A DNA stretch of 63,175 bases from Bacteroidales bacterium (GTDB taxonomy: Bacteria; Bacteroidota; Bacteroidia; Bacteroidales; UBA10428): assembly GCA_016936215.1 (NCBI GenBank), contig JAFGPL010000029.1, positions 1 through 63,175 on the forward strand. The letters run 5' to 3'. This document shows positions 1 to 10,768 of this stretch, in pieces. The notes beneath the pieces are model-generated. The model made no database searches and was not told where the DNA came from. It was given only the letters and a program-made list of their open reading frames with translations. Position numbers and translations under genes: made by a program. Position 1 is the first letter of the stretch. Each line of letters starts with the position of its first letter.

Positions 1-122
1 ACGGTATCTTATATCGGCATTGTGCAACACCAGCCGCCTATGTTATCAATTACACTGGCCGATTCACATTTTACAAACCAGGGAATTCCTGAAACTAAAG
101 AGAAATATGCTTTCACCTGCCC

Positions 123-1910
123 TTAATCGAGTTTCAATACTGCCAAAAAGGCCGATTGGGGGACTTCAACGGTTCCAATCTGGCGCATGCGTTTCTTTCC
201 TTTCTTCTGTTTTTCAAGAAGTTTTCTCTTACGTGTAATATCACCACCATAGCATTTTGCGGTTACATCTTTACGCACGGCTTTTACTGTTTCACGTGCA
301 ATGATTTTAGAGCCGATGGCAGCTTGTATTGCAATATCAAACTGCTGTCTGGGAATTAGCTCTTTGAGCTTTTCACAAATACGTCTTCCGAAGGTATAGG
401 CATGGTCGCGGTGGATAAGTGCCGAGAGGGCATCTACCATTTCCCCGTTGAGCAGGATATCAAGCCTTACCAGGCTGGCCCTGCGATAGCCCATAATATG
501 ATAATCGAACGAGGCATAACCTTTTGAAACGCTCTTCAGTTTATCGTAAAAATCAAATACAATTTCAGAAAGGGGCATCTCGAAGGTAAGTTCTATGCGG
601 TTGCTGGTAAGATATAGCTGGTTCTTCAGTGTGCCGCGTTTTTCGATGCACATGGTCATAATCGGGCCGACAAACTCTGACTGGCAGATAACCTGTGCGT
701 TGATATACGGTTCTTCAATATAATCGAGGTTGGTAGGATCGGGCAATCCCGAAGGGTTATGCACGTCAAGCATTTCTCCTTTAGTGGTATATGCTTTATA
801 TGATACGTTTGGAACAGTATTTATGATGTCCATATCGAACTCGCGGTCGAGACGCTCCTGCACTATCTCCATGTGCAGCAATCCTAAGAAGCCGCACCTG
901 AAACCGAAGCCCAATGCAGCAGATGATTCGGGGACAAAAGACAACGATGCATCGTTGAGCTGCAGTTTTTCAAGCGAAGCCCTCAGCTCTTCATAATCGT
1001 CGGCATCAATAGGGTATATGCCGGCAAAAACCATTGGTTTTACCTCTTCAAAGCCGGCAATTGCTTTATCGCACGGGCGAAGCACATGGGTAATGGTATC
1101 TCCCACCTTTACCTCTTTGGCAGATTTTATGCCCGAGATAATATACCCTACATCACCTGCACCCAGTTCCTTGCGCGGTTCGAACTTGATTTTCAGCACC
1201 CCAATCTCATCGGCATCATATTCTTTACCAGTGGCAACAAACTTAACCTTATCACCTGAGCGAATGGTCCCGTTCATGATTTTGAAATAGGCAAAAATAC
1301 CCCTGAACGAGTTGAAAACCGAATCGAAAATCAATGCCTGGAGCGGTGCTCCCGGGTCACCCTTGGGTGGCGGGATTTTTTTTACGATGTCTTCCAATAC
1401 TTTATCAACACCGTAACCTGTTTTGGCCGATACCTCAATAATCTCATCCCTGCTGCATCCCAGAAGGTCAACAATCTGGTCTTTCACCTCTTCGGGCATG
1501 GCGCTGGGCATATCCATTTTATTTAATACAGGAATTATCTCCAGGTCATGGTCAAGCGCCTGAAAAAGATTAGAGATAGTTTGTGCCTGAACCCCCTGCG
1601 TGGCATCAACTACCAGCAGGGCTCCTTCGCAGGCAGCAATCGAACGCGAGACTTCATAAGAGAAATCAACATGACCGGGGGTATCTATCAGGTTCAGAAT
1701 ATACTTTTTATTATCCTGGTTATAAACCATCTGCACAGCATGGCTTTTGATGGTGATACCACGCTCTCTTTCAAGGTCCATATCGTCAAGCATTTGGTCT
1801 TTAAACTCCCTTTCGGTAAGGGTGTCAGTTGCCATAAGCAACCTGTCGGCCAGTGTGCTCTTACCATGGTCAATATGCGCTATAATACAAAAATTCCTGA
1901 TATGCTCCAT
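123..1910 (-). CDS. lepA: Translation elongation factor 4 (LepA)
   Basis: [32 protein letters not shown] and C-terminal [18 protein letters not shown]. Start moved to ATG 1910 (MEHIR) because a promoter occupies the longer track extension. Confidence 0.98.
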   Translation of the reverse strand: MEHIRNFCIIAHIDHGKSTLADRLLMATDTLTEREFKDQMLDDMDLERERGITIKSHAVQMVYNQDNKKYILNLIDTPGHVDFSYEVSRSIAACEGALLVVDATQGVQAQTISNLFQALDHDLEIIPVLNKMDMPSAMPEEVKDQIVDLLGCSRDEIIEVSAKTGYGVDKVLEDIVKKIPPPKGDPGAPLQALIFDSVFNSFRGIFAYFKIMNGTIRSGDKVKFVATGKEYDADEIGVLKIKFEPRKELGAGDVGYIISGIKSAKEVKVGDTITHVLRPCDKAIAGFEEVKPMVFAGIYPIDADDYEELRASLEKLQLNDASLSFVPESSAALGFGFRCGFLGLLHMEIVQERLDREFDMDIINTVPNVSYKAYTTKGEMLDVHNPSGLPDPTNLDYIEEPYINAQVICQSEFVGPIMTMCIEKRGTLKNQLYLTSNRIELTFEMPLSEIVFDFYDKLKSVSKGYASFDYHIMGYRRASLVRLDILLNGEMVDALSALIHRDHAYTFGRRICEKLKELIPRQQFDIAIQAAIGSKIIARETVKAVRKDVTAKCYGGDITRKRKLLEKQKKGKKRMRQIGTVEVPQSAFLAVLKLD

Positions 1911-1937
1911 CCTGAAGTATTGCCTTTTTTGAAGGCA

Positions 1938-1967
1938 CAAATATATCTATTTCAATCGAAACCTCAA
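1938..1967 (-). promoter_or_regulatory. Bacteroidota primary-sigma promoter for lepA
   Basis: Minus strand TTG (1967-1965)-N19-TATATTTG (1945-1938), matching the -33/-7 consensus TTTG-N19-21-TAnnTTTG. Confidence 0.7.
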
Positions 1968-2115
1968 TGACACATCATCCAAACAAACCCAAAAATCGTT
2001 GAATTATCTACAAACACCCTCCATTCGTAAAAAATAAGGATAACATGCTGAAAAAAATAGTATTTTGCAGCCATAATTCTGTTTCTGAAAAAAATTTAAA
2101 CTGCAAAATGTTGTG

Positions 2116-2589
2116 ATGAACAAAAGTAAAATTATTGAGTGCGACTTTAAAAACCATAATCATACGCGTGCCCTTGTTGAACTAATGAACCATTACATGA
2201 CAGACAAAATGGGCAATGCCAAACCACTTGACAAGAAACAGGGATGCAGCCTTATAGAAGGCCTCCGCAACCATCCTTCGAAATTAATATTATTTGCCGA
2301 GGCCGATGAAAAGATGGTTGGCCTTGCCAATTGTTTTATAAATTTTGCCACTTTTACCTGCAAACCATTTATAAATATTCACGATATAATCGTGCTGGAT
2401 GAGTACCGCAAAAAAGGCATAGGGCGCAAGCTGATGCATGCCATTCAGGCACATGCCATATCAATGGGCTGCTCGAAGATTACGCTCGAAGTCAGGGAAG
2501 ACAATATCCATGCACAACACCTTTACAAAAGTCTTGGTTATATGGATTGCAATCCGAGAATGTTTTTCTGGGAAAAGAAACTGGTGTAA
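2116..2589 (+). CDS. GNAT family N-acetyltransferase
   Basis: Acetyl-CoA motif A IHDIIVLDEYRKKGIGRKLM and LEVREDN..AQHLYKSLGY. Confidence 0.9.
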   Translation: MNKSKIIECDFKNHNHTRALVELMNHYMTDKMGNAKPLDKKQGCSLIEGLRNHPSKLILFAEADEKMVGLANCFINFATFTCKPFINIHDIIVLDEYRKKGIGRKLMHAIQAHAISMGCSKITLEVREDNIHAQHLYKSLGYMDCNPRMFFWEKKLV

Positions 2590-2599
2590 AAAAACATAT

Positions 2600-2607
2600 T
2601 AAATTTG
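2600..2607 (+). promoter_or_regulatory. -7 promoter element upstream of esterase
   Basis: TAAATTTG, 38 nt before ATG 2645. Confidence 0.5.
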
Positions 2608-2644
2608 GAACCAGTACGGATTGTTCCGGTATTTTTATAATATA

Positions 2645-3805
2645 ATGGATTCCAAATTATTAACAATTATTAAAAAACTCTTCATTATTATCCTTTTGTG
2701 TTATTCTTCCCTCTCTTTTTCACAGTATGACAGTATAACACATAATGGGCTGAACAGGACTTTTCTTTTACATTTGCCATCAGGCTATTCTGCTGCTTAT
2801 AATTATCCGTTGGTTGTTGCCATGCATGGCGGATTTGGAAGTGCCGCCAACCTGCAGAACCAATCTGGATTAAGCACCAAGGCTGATGCTGAAGATTTTA
2901 TTGTGGTTTACCCTGAAGGGGTGAAAAGCCCACTGAATATAAGAACTTGGAATGCCGGATGGTGTTGTGGCTTCTCAAGCGCTACAAATACAGATGATGT
3001 AGGATTTATCAGTGCTTTGCTTGACACGCTTATTTCTTTATATTCAATTGATATTAAAAGGATTTATGCCACCGGCATGTCGAACGGCGGATTTATGAGT
3101 TACAGGCTCGCATGCGAACTTTCCGGAAGATTTGCGGCCATCGCACCGGTAGCTGCATCTATGAGCATGCCAAAGTGCTCTCCAAACAAACCCATGCCCG
3201 TCATTCATTTTCACTCATACATTGATAGCAGCGTGCCTTACCTGGGAGGCACCGGTACGGGGATTTCAGATCATTACAATCCCCCACATGATTCTGTAAT
3301 GCAGGTTTGGGCCGAAGCAAATGGTTGCATGGTATTGAATGACACCATCACACATAATCAACAATATACCCATGTAAGGTGGAACAACTGCACATGCAAT
3401 GTCTCAATAAATTATTACATTACCCGCGACGGAGGCCATTCCTTGCCAGGGGGTACCCAAACCCCTGTCGGGGACCAGGTATCGTCATATATCAATGCCA
3501 CAGACATGATGTGGGAATTTTTTAAACAACATTCACTCGATTGCAGCCTGTCAACAATTAACGAAATACCTTCAGAAAAAAATTTCCATCTGTTTCCCAA
3601 TCCATCCAGCGGGATTGTCTTCATAGATTTTCCGGGAGGCACAGGAAATTTTTCTGTTACGGTTTATAACATGACCGGAAAAGCAATTGCACAAACAGAT
3701 AGTCGCAACACAATCAATATCAGTGAATTTCCGCAAGGTATTTATTTTGTTTCAATACAAAGCAGAAACGAGAGAGTTGTATACAAGCTTATAAAAACAG
3801 AATAG
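2645..3805 (+). CDS. Secreted PHB-depolymerase/LpqC-type alpha/beta esterase with T9SS type A sorting domain
   Basis: Signal peptide, MHGG oxyanion motif, WNAGWCCG, nucleophile GMSNGG, GGH; C-terminal LFPNPS...GIYFV...KLIK. Confidence 0.88.
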   Translation: MDSKLLTIIKKLFIIILLCYSSLSFSQYDSITHNGLNRTFLLHLPSGYSAAYNYPLVVAMHGGFGSAANLQNQSGLSTKADAEDFIVVYPEGVKSPLNIRTWNAGWCCGFSSATNTDDVGFISALLDTLISLYSIDIKRIYATGMSNGGFMSYRLACELSGRFAAIAPVAASMSMPKCSPNKPMPVIHFHSYIDSSVPYLGGTGTGISDHYNPPHDSVMQVWAEANGCMVLNDTITHNQQYTHVRWNNCTCNVSINYYITRDGGHSLPGGTQTPVGDQVSSYINATDMMWEFFKQHSLDCSLSTINEIPSEKNFHLFPNPSSGIVFIDFPGGTGNFSVTVYNMTGKAIAQTDSRNTINISEFPQGIYFVSIQSRNERVVYKLIKTE

Positions 3806-3859
3806 TGGCAGCACAGAACCGGTTATTGATTTTATTCCACACATTTTGATTAAAAAATC

Positions 3860-3867
3860 TAACTTTG
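3860..3867 (+). promoter_or_regulatory. -7 promoter element of DEAD-box helicase gene
   Basis: TAACTTTG ends 7 nt before ATG 3875. Confidence 0.55.
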
Positions 3868-3874
3868 CAGATTT

Positions 3875-5059
3875 ATGACATTTAAAGAACTTCAACTTAA
3901 CGATCAGTTGCTGGAAGCCATTTCATACATGGGTTTTGAAACAGCAACACCTATACAGGAACAGGTTATCCCGGTGATTCTCGAAAACAGGGATGTTTTG
4001 GCCTGCGCGCAGACAGGTACCGGCAAGACCGGCGCATTTGTGTTGCCTGTCCTCAACAAACTTGCCGGTAAAAGAGGTGCAGGTATAGATACCCTTATTA
4101 TTGTTCCGACCAGGGAACTGGCAATTCAGATCGAACAGCAGATTCAGGGGTTTTCCTATTTTATTTCCGCATCATCTATTGCCATATACGGTGGGGGTGA
4201 CGGGGCCGGTTGGGAAACACAACGCGATTCGCTGATAAAAGGCACCGACATTGTCATTGCAACGCCCGGTAAGTTTTTGTCGCACCTTAAAATGGGTTAT
4301 GTTAACCTTAGCACTGTCAACCATCTTATTTTAGACGAAGCTGACAGGATGCTCGATATGGGGTTTATTGACGATATCAGGGCAATCCTTTCGTATCTTC
4401 CTAAAAAACATCAGACACTGATGTTTTGCGCAACCATGCCGAACAGTATCCGTCAACTGGCCCGGAAGATTTTGAATAAGCCAACAGAAGTAACACTTGC
4501 CATATCAAAACCTGCAGAAGGTGTTGACCAGAAAGCCTACAGTATTTCGGAGGGTGATAAGGTGAAGTTACTGAAAGAGCTGATGGAAGAGCGTAAACAT
4601 TACGACAGCATAATCATTTTTTCATCAACGAGGAAAAAAGTAACAGAAATTGTACGTTCGCTGAAAAAATACGGTTTTCAGCCACAGGGTATTTCGTCAG
4701 ACCTTGACCAGAATTCCAGAGAAGAGGTATTAAACGATTTCAGGTCGAAAAAGACACGTATCCTGGTCGCCACCGATGTAATGAGCCGGGGAATTGATGT
4801 AAAGGAAATCAACCTGGTGATTAATTTTGATGTGCCCCACGATGCCGAGGATTATGTGCACCGTGTGGGACGAACAGCGCGAATCAATACAACTGGCGAA
4901 GCCATTACACTTGTAACCCCTGCCGATGCATCAAAACTAAGAATGATTGAACGGCTCACCGGGATTGAAATCCCAAAGATCCAACCTGCAGGTTATCCTG
5001 TCCCGGTAGCTTTAAAATCGGGTAAATCAAGATATAAGAGAAAAACAAAAAATCGTTAA
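3875..5059 (+). CDS. DEAD-box RNA helicase (RhlE-like)
   Basis: Q motif GFETATPIQ, AQTGTGKT, PTRELA, DEAD, HRVGRTAR and a basic C-terminal tail. Confidence 0.95.
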   Translation: MTFKELQLNDQLLEAISYMGFETATPIQEQVIPVILENRDVLACAQTGTGKTGAFVLPVLNKLAGKRGAGIDTLIIVPTRELAIQIEQQIQGFSYFISASSIAIYGGGDGAGWETQRDSLIKGTDIVIATPGKFLSHLKMGYVNLSTVNHLILDEADRMLDMGFIDDIRAILSYLPKKHQTLMFCATMPNSIRQLARKILNKPTEVTLAISKPAEGVDQKAYSISEGDKVKLLKELMEERKHYDSIIIFSSTRKKVTEIVRSLKKYGFQPQGISSDLDQNSREEVLNDFRSKKTRILVATDVMSRGIDVKEINLVINFDVPHDAEDYVHRVGRTARINTTGEAITLVTPADASKLRMIERLTGIEIPKIQPAGYPVPVALKSGKSRYKRKTKNR

Positions 5060-5064
5060 CCTGC

Positions 5065-5093
5065 TTATCCGCCGCTTAGAAAGTGCCGGATAA
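5065..5093. terminator. Hairpin between convergent helicase and PPIase genes, probable terminator
   Basis: TTATCCG-C-CGCTT/AAGTG-C-CGGATAA inverted repeat; U-tract weak. Confidence 0.45.
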
Positions 5094-5100
5094 TCAAATC

Positions 5101-7203
5101 TTAAAAGAACTTTGCCCTGTTATCAACAACTTCAGCCTTCTTTTTAAGGGCTTCATAAGCTGCGTAGTTTGCTCGTGAAGTGTAATTTCTTTCATAAACA
5201 AGTTTTTCTCTTTCCATCAGCATTTCTATATTTTCTGACTGCCTGGAATTTGTCACGGCGATAACATAAACCCCGTTATTTCCTGTTATTGGGCCTGAAA
5301 GCAAACCTTCATCAAGTGTGCAGGCTGCTGCAGTAATATTGGGTTCAATGCCTGCATTTTCAATAGACCTTGTTGAAAAGGTGATATTGGTAGCGGTTTG
5401 GCTGGTTGCAGTAAGTTTGGAGGCAAGCTCATCAATTGACTTTGAAGAGGAAATCTTATCTTTCATCTCCCCGGCTATTATTTCAGCTTTTTTCTGTTTG
5501 CCGATTTCAAGCTCAATCTCAGGTCTTATGTCTTCAATATCTGCATATCCTTCTTCTTTAACATTTTCAACCAATGCTACAACGTATTTATTGTCGAACT
5601 TCATTACATTCGAAACCTCATTTTCATCGGCATTGTAAGCCCATTTTACCAATTGACGCGGAGATACCAGCCCGGGAATATTTTTTTCGAGCGGTTTTAA
5701 CCCCGGGGCATATTGCGGCACAAGGTTATTGGCCTGGATGGCCTTATTAAACTTCTCACCGGTATTGTTTAAGCCTGCAAATTCACTGGCCTGCCTGTAA
5801 TACTCCTGGTCGGTTTCTTCACTGGGTTCAACATTGCGCACGAGTATGCCTACCTGTACTTTTTTCACCTCTTTCGACTGTGCAAGTACTTCAACGATAT
5901 GTATGCCAAATTGGGAATAAACCAGTTTGACATCACCTGTCTGGCCATAGAAACATGTATCGCTGAATGGTTTAACCATTTCCCCTTCGCGGAACCATCC
6001 CAGGTCTCCGCCTTCCTGGGCGCTGCCATCGGAAGAATTCTGGCGTGCCAGTTCTGCAAAATCGGCGCCGTTTTCAATCATTTTCTTAAGACTGTCGGCC
6101 AATGCACTAGCCTGGGCATAATTTTCCTGCGATACCTGTAAAAGAATATGGCGTGCTTTTACCGAATCGGGCAGGTAATCAATTTTTGCAAGTTTGGCTA
6201 ATTTGTATGCATTGTTTTCAAAATAGGGGCCGTAAACATCGCCTTCTTGTGCTTCGAACATAAAATCTGCAATTGTATCGGACAAGTCGTCCTTCATATA
6301 ATTTCTTTCTTCAAAAGGAACATCCGACTGCAGGTTCACGAATTGCCGGGTTTCTTTCGTTGATACAAATTCGGGGTGAATTTTATTAATCCAGTCTTCG
6401 GCAATCCTGTAATCTTCCGGCGATGGTTTCACCTCATATACCACGTATTTAAGGTCTCTTGATTCCTCCTGCCGGTATCTTGCCAGGTGATCTTTGTAAA
6501 AGGCTCTTACTTCCTTTTCGGATATCTTGATTATTGAATCGGGGACCGATGTAAATGGCCTTACTACAAAGTCAATATCCACAGTTTTGGATATTTCTTC
6601 GCCTCTGCGCTTTGCCTGTAATGAGTTAACATATAAGCCTTTTTTGATCAGGTTGGTATATTTTGCCAATCTTCTTTGCCTGAAAATTTCGTCCTCGATA
6701 TAAAACCAGAATTTTTTACGTTCGCTGTCCTCTTCCTGTAATGTACGCTGAATAAAATCGAACATAAAAGATTTATTGAGCATGCCTGTCTGCGGATCGG
6801 AAAAAACCTGCCTGATGATCGGATGGGGGTTTTCGCCCTGTATCATATCCATAAGTTCATCACCTGTTACGGTAATACCAAGTTTTTCATATTCATCAGA
6901 CATAATTAATTCTTCGATCATATACTCCCATGACACATTTCTAATGTTGTCAAGGGTACTTTCGTCAAGGTTTGACCTGCCCGACTGTATTTTGTTGATC
7001 TCAATGAAATTGTCAATTTTCTCCTGGAAATCGTTATAGGGAATGGATTTTCCGGCAACCTTTGCAATTTCATATTGCGATTTGCTAAACATTGATCCTC
7101 CTGAATTTAACATATCGCCTAAGACAAATGCCAGCAATGCCAATCCAATAATAATTGAAACAAGTAATCCTGCACGGTTTCTTATTTTCTCTAATGTAGC
7201 CAT
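5101..7203 (-). CDS. ppiD: PpiD/SurA-like membrane-anchored parvulin peptidyl-prolyl isomerase
   Basis: MATLEKIR plus N-terminal TM, SurA-N-like region, rotamase motifs VKARHILL, GGDLGWF, SQFGIHI. Confidence 0.85.
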   Translation of the reverse strand: MATLEKIRNRAGLLVSIIIGLALLAFVLGDMLNSGGSMFSKSQYEIAKVAGKSIPYNDFQEKIDNFIEINKIQSGRSNLDESTLDNIRNVSWEYMIEELIMSDEYEKLGITVTGDELMDMIQGENPHPIIRQVFSDPQTGMLNKSFMFDFIQRTLQEEDSERKKFWFYIEDEIFRQRRLAKYTNLIKKGLYVNSLQAKRRGEEISKTVDIDFVVRPFTSVPDSIIKISEKEVRAFYKDHLARYRQEESRDLKYVVYEVKPSPEDYRIAEDWINKIHPEFVSTKETRQFVNLQSDVPFEERNYMKDDLSDTIADFMFEAQEGDVYGPYFENNAYKLAKLAKIDYLPDSVKARHILLQVSQENYAQASALADSLKKMIENGADFAELARQNSSDGSAQEGGDLGWFREGEMVKPFSDTCFYGQTGDVKLVYSQFGIHIVEVLAQSKEVKKVQVGILVRNVEPSEETDQEYYRQASEFAGLNNTGEKFNKAIQANNLVPQYAPGLKPLEKNIPGLVSPRQLVKWAYNADENEVSNVMKFDNKYVVALVENVKEEGYADIEDIRPEIELEIGKQKKAEIIAGEMKDKISSSKSIDELASKLTATSQTATNITFSTRSIENAGIEPNITAAACTLDEGLLSGPITGNNGVYVIAVTNSRQSENIEMLMEREKLVYERNYTSRANYAAYEALKKKAEVVDNRAKFF

Positions 7204-7345
7204 ATAAATAACAAGTTTTTCGGTTCTAAAATTCAGGGTACGAATATAGCAATTTATTGAATTATAAAAGTATTAAATCTAAAAATTAAGGATGTTTTAA
7301 AAAGATGGACAATAATAGGCTGCAAAGTTCAAAAAGACAGCCTGC

Positions 7346-8635
7346 CTAATCAGTTTTTTTTGTTTTATGGCGGCCATTTTTCAAAACCTTAAGCTGCACC
7401 AATTCAATTTTTGTTTTGCTTACTTTAATGATGCGGCATTCAATATTACCGGTAACAATCCGTTCATGCAACTTGGGAAAACTTTCGAAATGAAAAAATA
7501 TATATCCGGCCAGCGTGTCGTATTCTTCCGATTCAGGAATATCAAGATGGTATTTCTCGTTGATATAATCAATTTCGAGCCTGCCGGAAAAGATATATTC
7601 ATCATCATTTATCTTTTTTTCTATTAACCCGGTACTGTCGTGTTCATCTTCAATGTCCCCGATAATCTCTTCAATAATATCTTCGATGGTAACCAGTCCC
7701 GATATGCCTCCGAATTCGTCAACCACCAGCGCCATACTTCTCTGTTCTTTAATTAGTCTGTGTAGCAGGTTGTTTGCGGCCATGGTTTCGGGGACGAAAG
7801 AAATTTTTATAAGCAGTGGTTTGATTTCTTTCGGGTTATTAAACAGCGACTTAGATGTGATGTAACCGACAAAATTATCAAAACTGGTTTCGTAAATAAG
7901 AATTTTTGAATAGCCGGTCTCAATGAATTTCTGCTTAAGGGTTTCAATCTCTGTATTGATGTCCATTGCAACAATTTCGTTACGCGGAATCATACAATCG
8001 CGTACCTTGATGCCCGAGAACTCAAGCGCATTCTGAAAAAGTTTCAGTTCATCGGCATCTGAATTCTCAACCTGGTTTTTTTCGCTTATTTCAGAGATCA
8101 GGTGGTACAGGTCAACTTTATTAAAGACCGGGTTTTTTTTCACATCCGAAGAAAGCGCTTTTATCCGCTTCCTGAGGATAATATTTACAAAACCTACTAC
8201 AATAAAAGTAATCGGGTAGAATATGGTGTAGAAAAACAATACAGGCAACGAAAAAATATTCAATATGAAATTAGGATTGATCCTTACCAGTGCTTTTGGC
8301 AGGAATTCTGCGGTAATGAGTATAATCAGCGTTGAAATTATGGTCTGGATAAGAAGGATGGCAATTTCGGACGATACAAAATAAGCGATTCCCGGTTCAA
8401 GGATGCGGGCCATATAAAGTCCGTAAACAACCAGTGCAAGGTTGTTTCCAACAAGCATGGTAGTAATAAACTCTCCGGGTTTTTGCACCAGGAAGGAAAT
8501 TATGCGTGAAGTTAAAAGGCCTTGTTTCTTGTCAAGTTCAATGCGCAGCTTATTTGAAGCTATATAAGCAATTTCCATGCCTGAAAAGAAAGCAGATAAC
8601 AACAATGAAACCAGGATAACAGTTAAATAATTCAT
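7346..8635 (-). CDS. HlyC/CorC (CNNM-CBS-CorC) hemolysin-family membrane protein
   Basis: SAFFSGMEIA, AEFLPK, CBS pair, VVDEFGGISGLVTIEDIIEEIIGDIEDEHD. Confidence 0.93.
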   Translation of the reverse strand: MNYLTVILVSLLLSAFFSGMEIAYIASNKLRIELDKKQGLLTSRIISFLVQKPGEFITTMLVGNNLALVVYGLYMARILEPGIAYFVSSEIAILLIQTIISTLIILITAEFLPKALVRINPNFILNIFSLPVLFFYTIFYPITFIVVGFVNIILRKRIKALSSDVKKNPVFNKVDLYHLISEISEKNQVENSDADELKLFQNALEFSGIKVRDCMIPRNEIVAMDINTEIETLKQKFIETGYSKILIYETSFDNFVGYITSKSLFNNPKEIKPLLIKISFVPETMAANNLLHRLIKEQRSMALVVDEFGGISGLVTIEDIIEEIIGDIEDEHDSTGLIEKKINDDEYIFSGRLEIDYINEKYHLDIPESEEYDTLAGYIFFHFESFPKLHERIVTGNIECRIIKVSKTKIELVQLKVLKNGRHKTKKTD

Positions 8636-8666
8636 TAAAGAATAGATTTCGGAGCCTTAAAATTAT

Positions 8667-8855
8667 TCAATTTTTTTGGGATTTACGAAGGTGCCGCCTT
8701 ATTGAATACATTAAAAACGAAACGGCTGAGAGGATAAAAAGCACATAGCTGTTGGAAAACCCATCCTGTACGGTTTTATGTGTACCGAACAACAAACAGA
8801 ACATGGCAATAACCAGCCACATTATTTCTACAATATAACTAATCTTCCTGTTCAT
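8667..8855 (-). CDS. Small two-TM hypothetical membrane protein
   Basis: 62 aa, two hydrophobic helices and a basic tail; overlaps the lptC stop within the operon. Confidence 0.7.
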   Translation of the reverse strand: MNRKISYIVEIMWLVIAMFCLLFGTHKTVQDGFSNSYVLFILSAVSFLMYSIRRHLRKSQKN

Positions 8856-9447
8856 CCTTCAATTTTACTGTACCTTTTGACCCGATGAGTTTCCACCTTG
8901 ACATATCCTGTTTTGCCTCAAAACCTCTCTCACCGGTATGAATACCCTGTTCGTTGATTATTTTCGAAAATGTGTTTGAGTGCAAAAGTTCAGCTTTTTG
9001 GTCCCATATAAGATGCTCAGTATAAAGCTGTTCACCCGTGACCTTGTTAATGGCTACTACATTGTTCTTTGCTTCGCCAACCTCTTTCTTCTGGTAATAA
9101 ATAGCGTAATTGGCTGTAAGGTAAGATTGTATATTTCCGGCAGAGTCAAAATCTTCTATCCGTATGCCTTTCAGGAATTCCATGTATGGGTTGTCTTTGT
9201 CTGCATACCTGTCTATCTGGGGGGCATAAAGCTTCCATCTGAGTATACCCGAATCGGTAAATGCAATCTCAACATCATAGCCGGTTTGCTGGGGCAATTT
9301 AAGATCGGTAGTTATGGCATTTATCTTTTCAATGTCGTTTTCGCAAGACAAATGAATGATTGTGCCTGTGATGACAGACACCAAAAGTAAAAATGGCCTG
9401 ATAACTTTATAATATGACCGCTTAAAACCTGACTTTTGTGGTTTCAT
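8839..9447 (-). CDS. lptC: LPS export periplasmic protein LptC (Bacteroidota lipoprotein type)
   Basis: LSC-END lipobox, LTANYAIY, LYTEHLIWDQ; position in the conserved cluster. Exact start uncertain. Confidence 0.85.
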   Translation of the reverse strand: MKPQKSGFKRSYYKVIRPFLLLVSVITGTIIHLSCENDIEKINAITTDLKLPQQTGYDVEIAFTDSGILRWKLYAPQIDRYADKDNPYMEFLKGIRIEDFDSAGNIQSYLTANYAIYYQKKEVGEAKNNVVAINKVTGEQLYTEHLIWDQKAELLHSNTFSKIINEQGIHTGERGFEAKQDMSRWKLIGSKGTVKLKDEQED

Positions 9448-10756
9448 TTATCCAGCAGTTTACCGTATATGTCGCGCCTTCATGTATGTTTTGAAAAAAA
9501 GCATCTTCTTTGTTGGGAAAATATTGTGAATAGGTTACTATAAGTTTGTCAGCCTGTTCGGTGCATGAAGGGTCAACCTGTTTGGCCCTGTAAAACTTAT
9601 CAACTGCAACCCAGTATATTGATTTTGGCAAGGCAAGTGATGAACACTCGTCTGAGCTTTCAGCATACAACTGGCCGATTAAGATATATGGGTCACCCCA
9701 TGAAGGCCGGAGTTTAATAGCATCAAGAGCACCCTGGCGGGCATCGGGTTTGCGGTTTTGTTTATAGTAGGTCTTGGATAATCCGAGCAGGTAAGCCGCT
9801 TTTTTGACTGTATCGGTTTCAAGCGACACGGCTTGCTTAAAATAATCCACTGCATCGGAATACTCTCCTTTTTCATAAGCCAGTGATCCCATGAGAGCTG
9901 CCGATTCGGCAGATGGCGCCATTTCATAATAGATTCCCGATGCCTCGTAAAAAAGATTGCTGCCAGTGCAACCTTTTAAATTTAAAGCATTGGTAATTAA
10001 TTGGAGGTTAAGGGTATCCTGCTTGTTTTCCTCAAAAATAGGGGCAAGTTTGTTTTGAAGGTTTTCACAACCAACAGCAGCTTTTTGAAAATTCAGGTCC
10101 TGTGCTGCCCTGATATCATTAAGCGTTTTGTTTGCCGGGATTTTTTTCAGCTTAAATAACAGGTTCCTGCTGCTAAGAATATAGTCGTCAATAAATGTGT
10201 TTTCATCAATCTGCTGGTTCTCAAAAAGCGTAAAGGATGAAGTAAAATAGGTGGCAATTACGGCTTCAGAACACTTTTTCTTTTCAAGATTGATAGATTC
10301 CTTTAAGTATCCGTAAGCCTGCTGTATATATTTTATATCGTCGTTCCTTCTGTAACGCAAAAGGTCAACGCCCTGCCTGCCGCGCTGGTCGCCTTTATCG
10401 TTGGGGTAATAATGAATGCGCTGGTCGTAAACCAACATTAAGGAATCAATATAAGCAGACAGGCTTTCCGCGTTTTTTTCTTTTCCAATAAAATATTTAT
10501 AGATTTTGACCCCATCAATATAAAGGTTTTTTGTTGAAACGGGACATTCCCTGAAAGCAGGCCGCCAAAACCTGATGGCTGTCTCATAATCCCTCTGTCT
10601 TATATAATCGCGATACAACGACAGGTTGGCCCGGCAATTAATGCTGTCCTCGCCGTGCCCGAAAGTTGAACCGTCTTCAATACCTTTCTGCGCATCTGCC
10701 AGATAAGGGAATGCAACTAAAAATGAAAGGGTAAGTGTTTTTAATAATGCATTCAT
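9422..10756 (-). CDS. Exported tetratricopeptide-repeat protein
   Basis: Signal peptide ending ADA-Q, TPR-like helices (AVDYFKQAV, PYILIGQLYA), C-terminal CWINETTKVRF. Confidence 0.85.
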   Translation of the reverse strand: MNALLKTLTLSFLVAFPYLADAQKGIEDGSTFGHGEDSINCRANLSLYRDYIRQRDYETAIRFWRPAFRECPVSTKNLYIDGVKIYKYFIGKEKNAESLSAYIDSLMLVYDQRIHYYPNDKGDQRGRQGVDLLRYRRNDDIKYIQQAYGYLKESINLEKKKCSEAVIATYFTSSFTLFENQQIDENTFIDDYILSSRNLLFKLKKIPANKTLNDIRAAQDLNFQKAAVGCENLQNKLAPIFEENKQDTLNLQLITNALNLKGCTGSNLFYEASGIYYEMAPSAESAALMGSLAYEKGEYSDAVDYFKQAVSLETDTVKKAAYLLGLSKTYYKQNRKPDARQGALDAIKLRPSWGDPYILIGQLYAESSDECSSLALPKSIYWVAVDKFYRAKQVDPSCTEQADKLIVTYSQYFPNKEDAFFQNIHEGATYTVNCWINETTKVRF

Positions 10757-10768
10757 CGTGTGAAAAAA

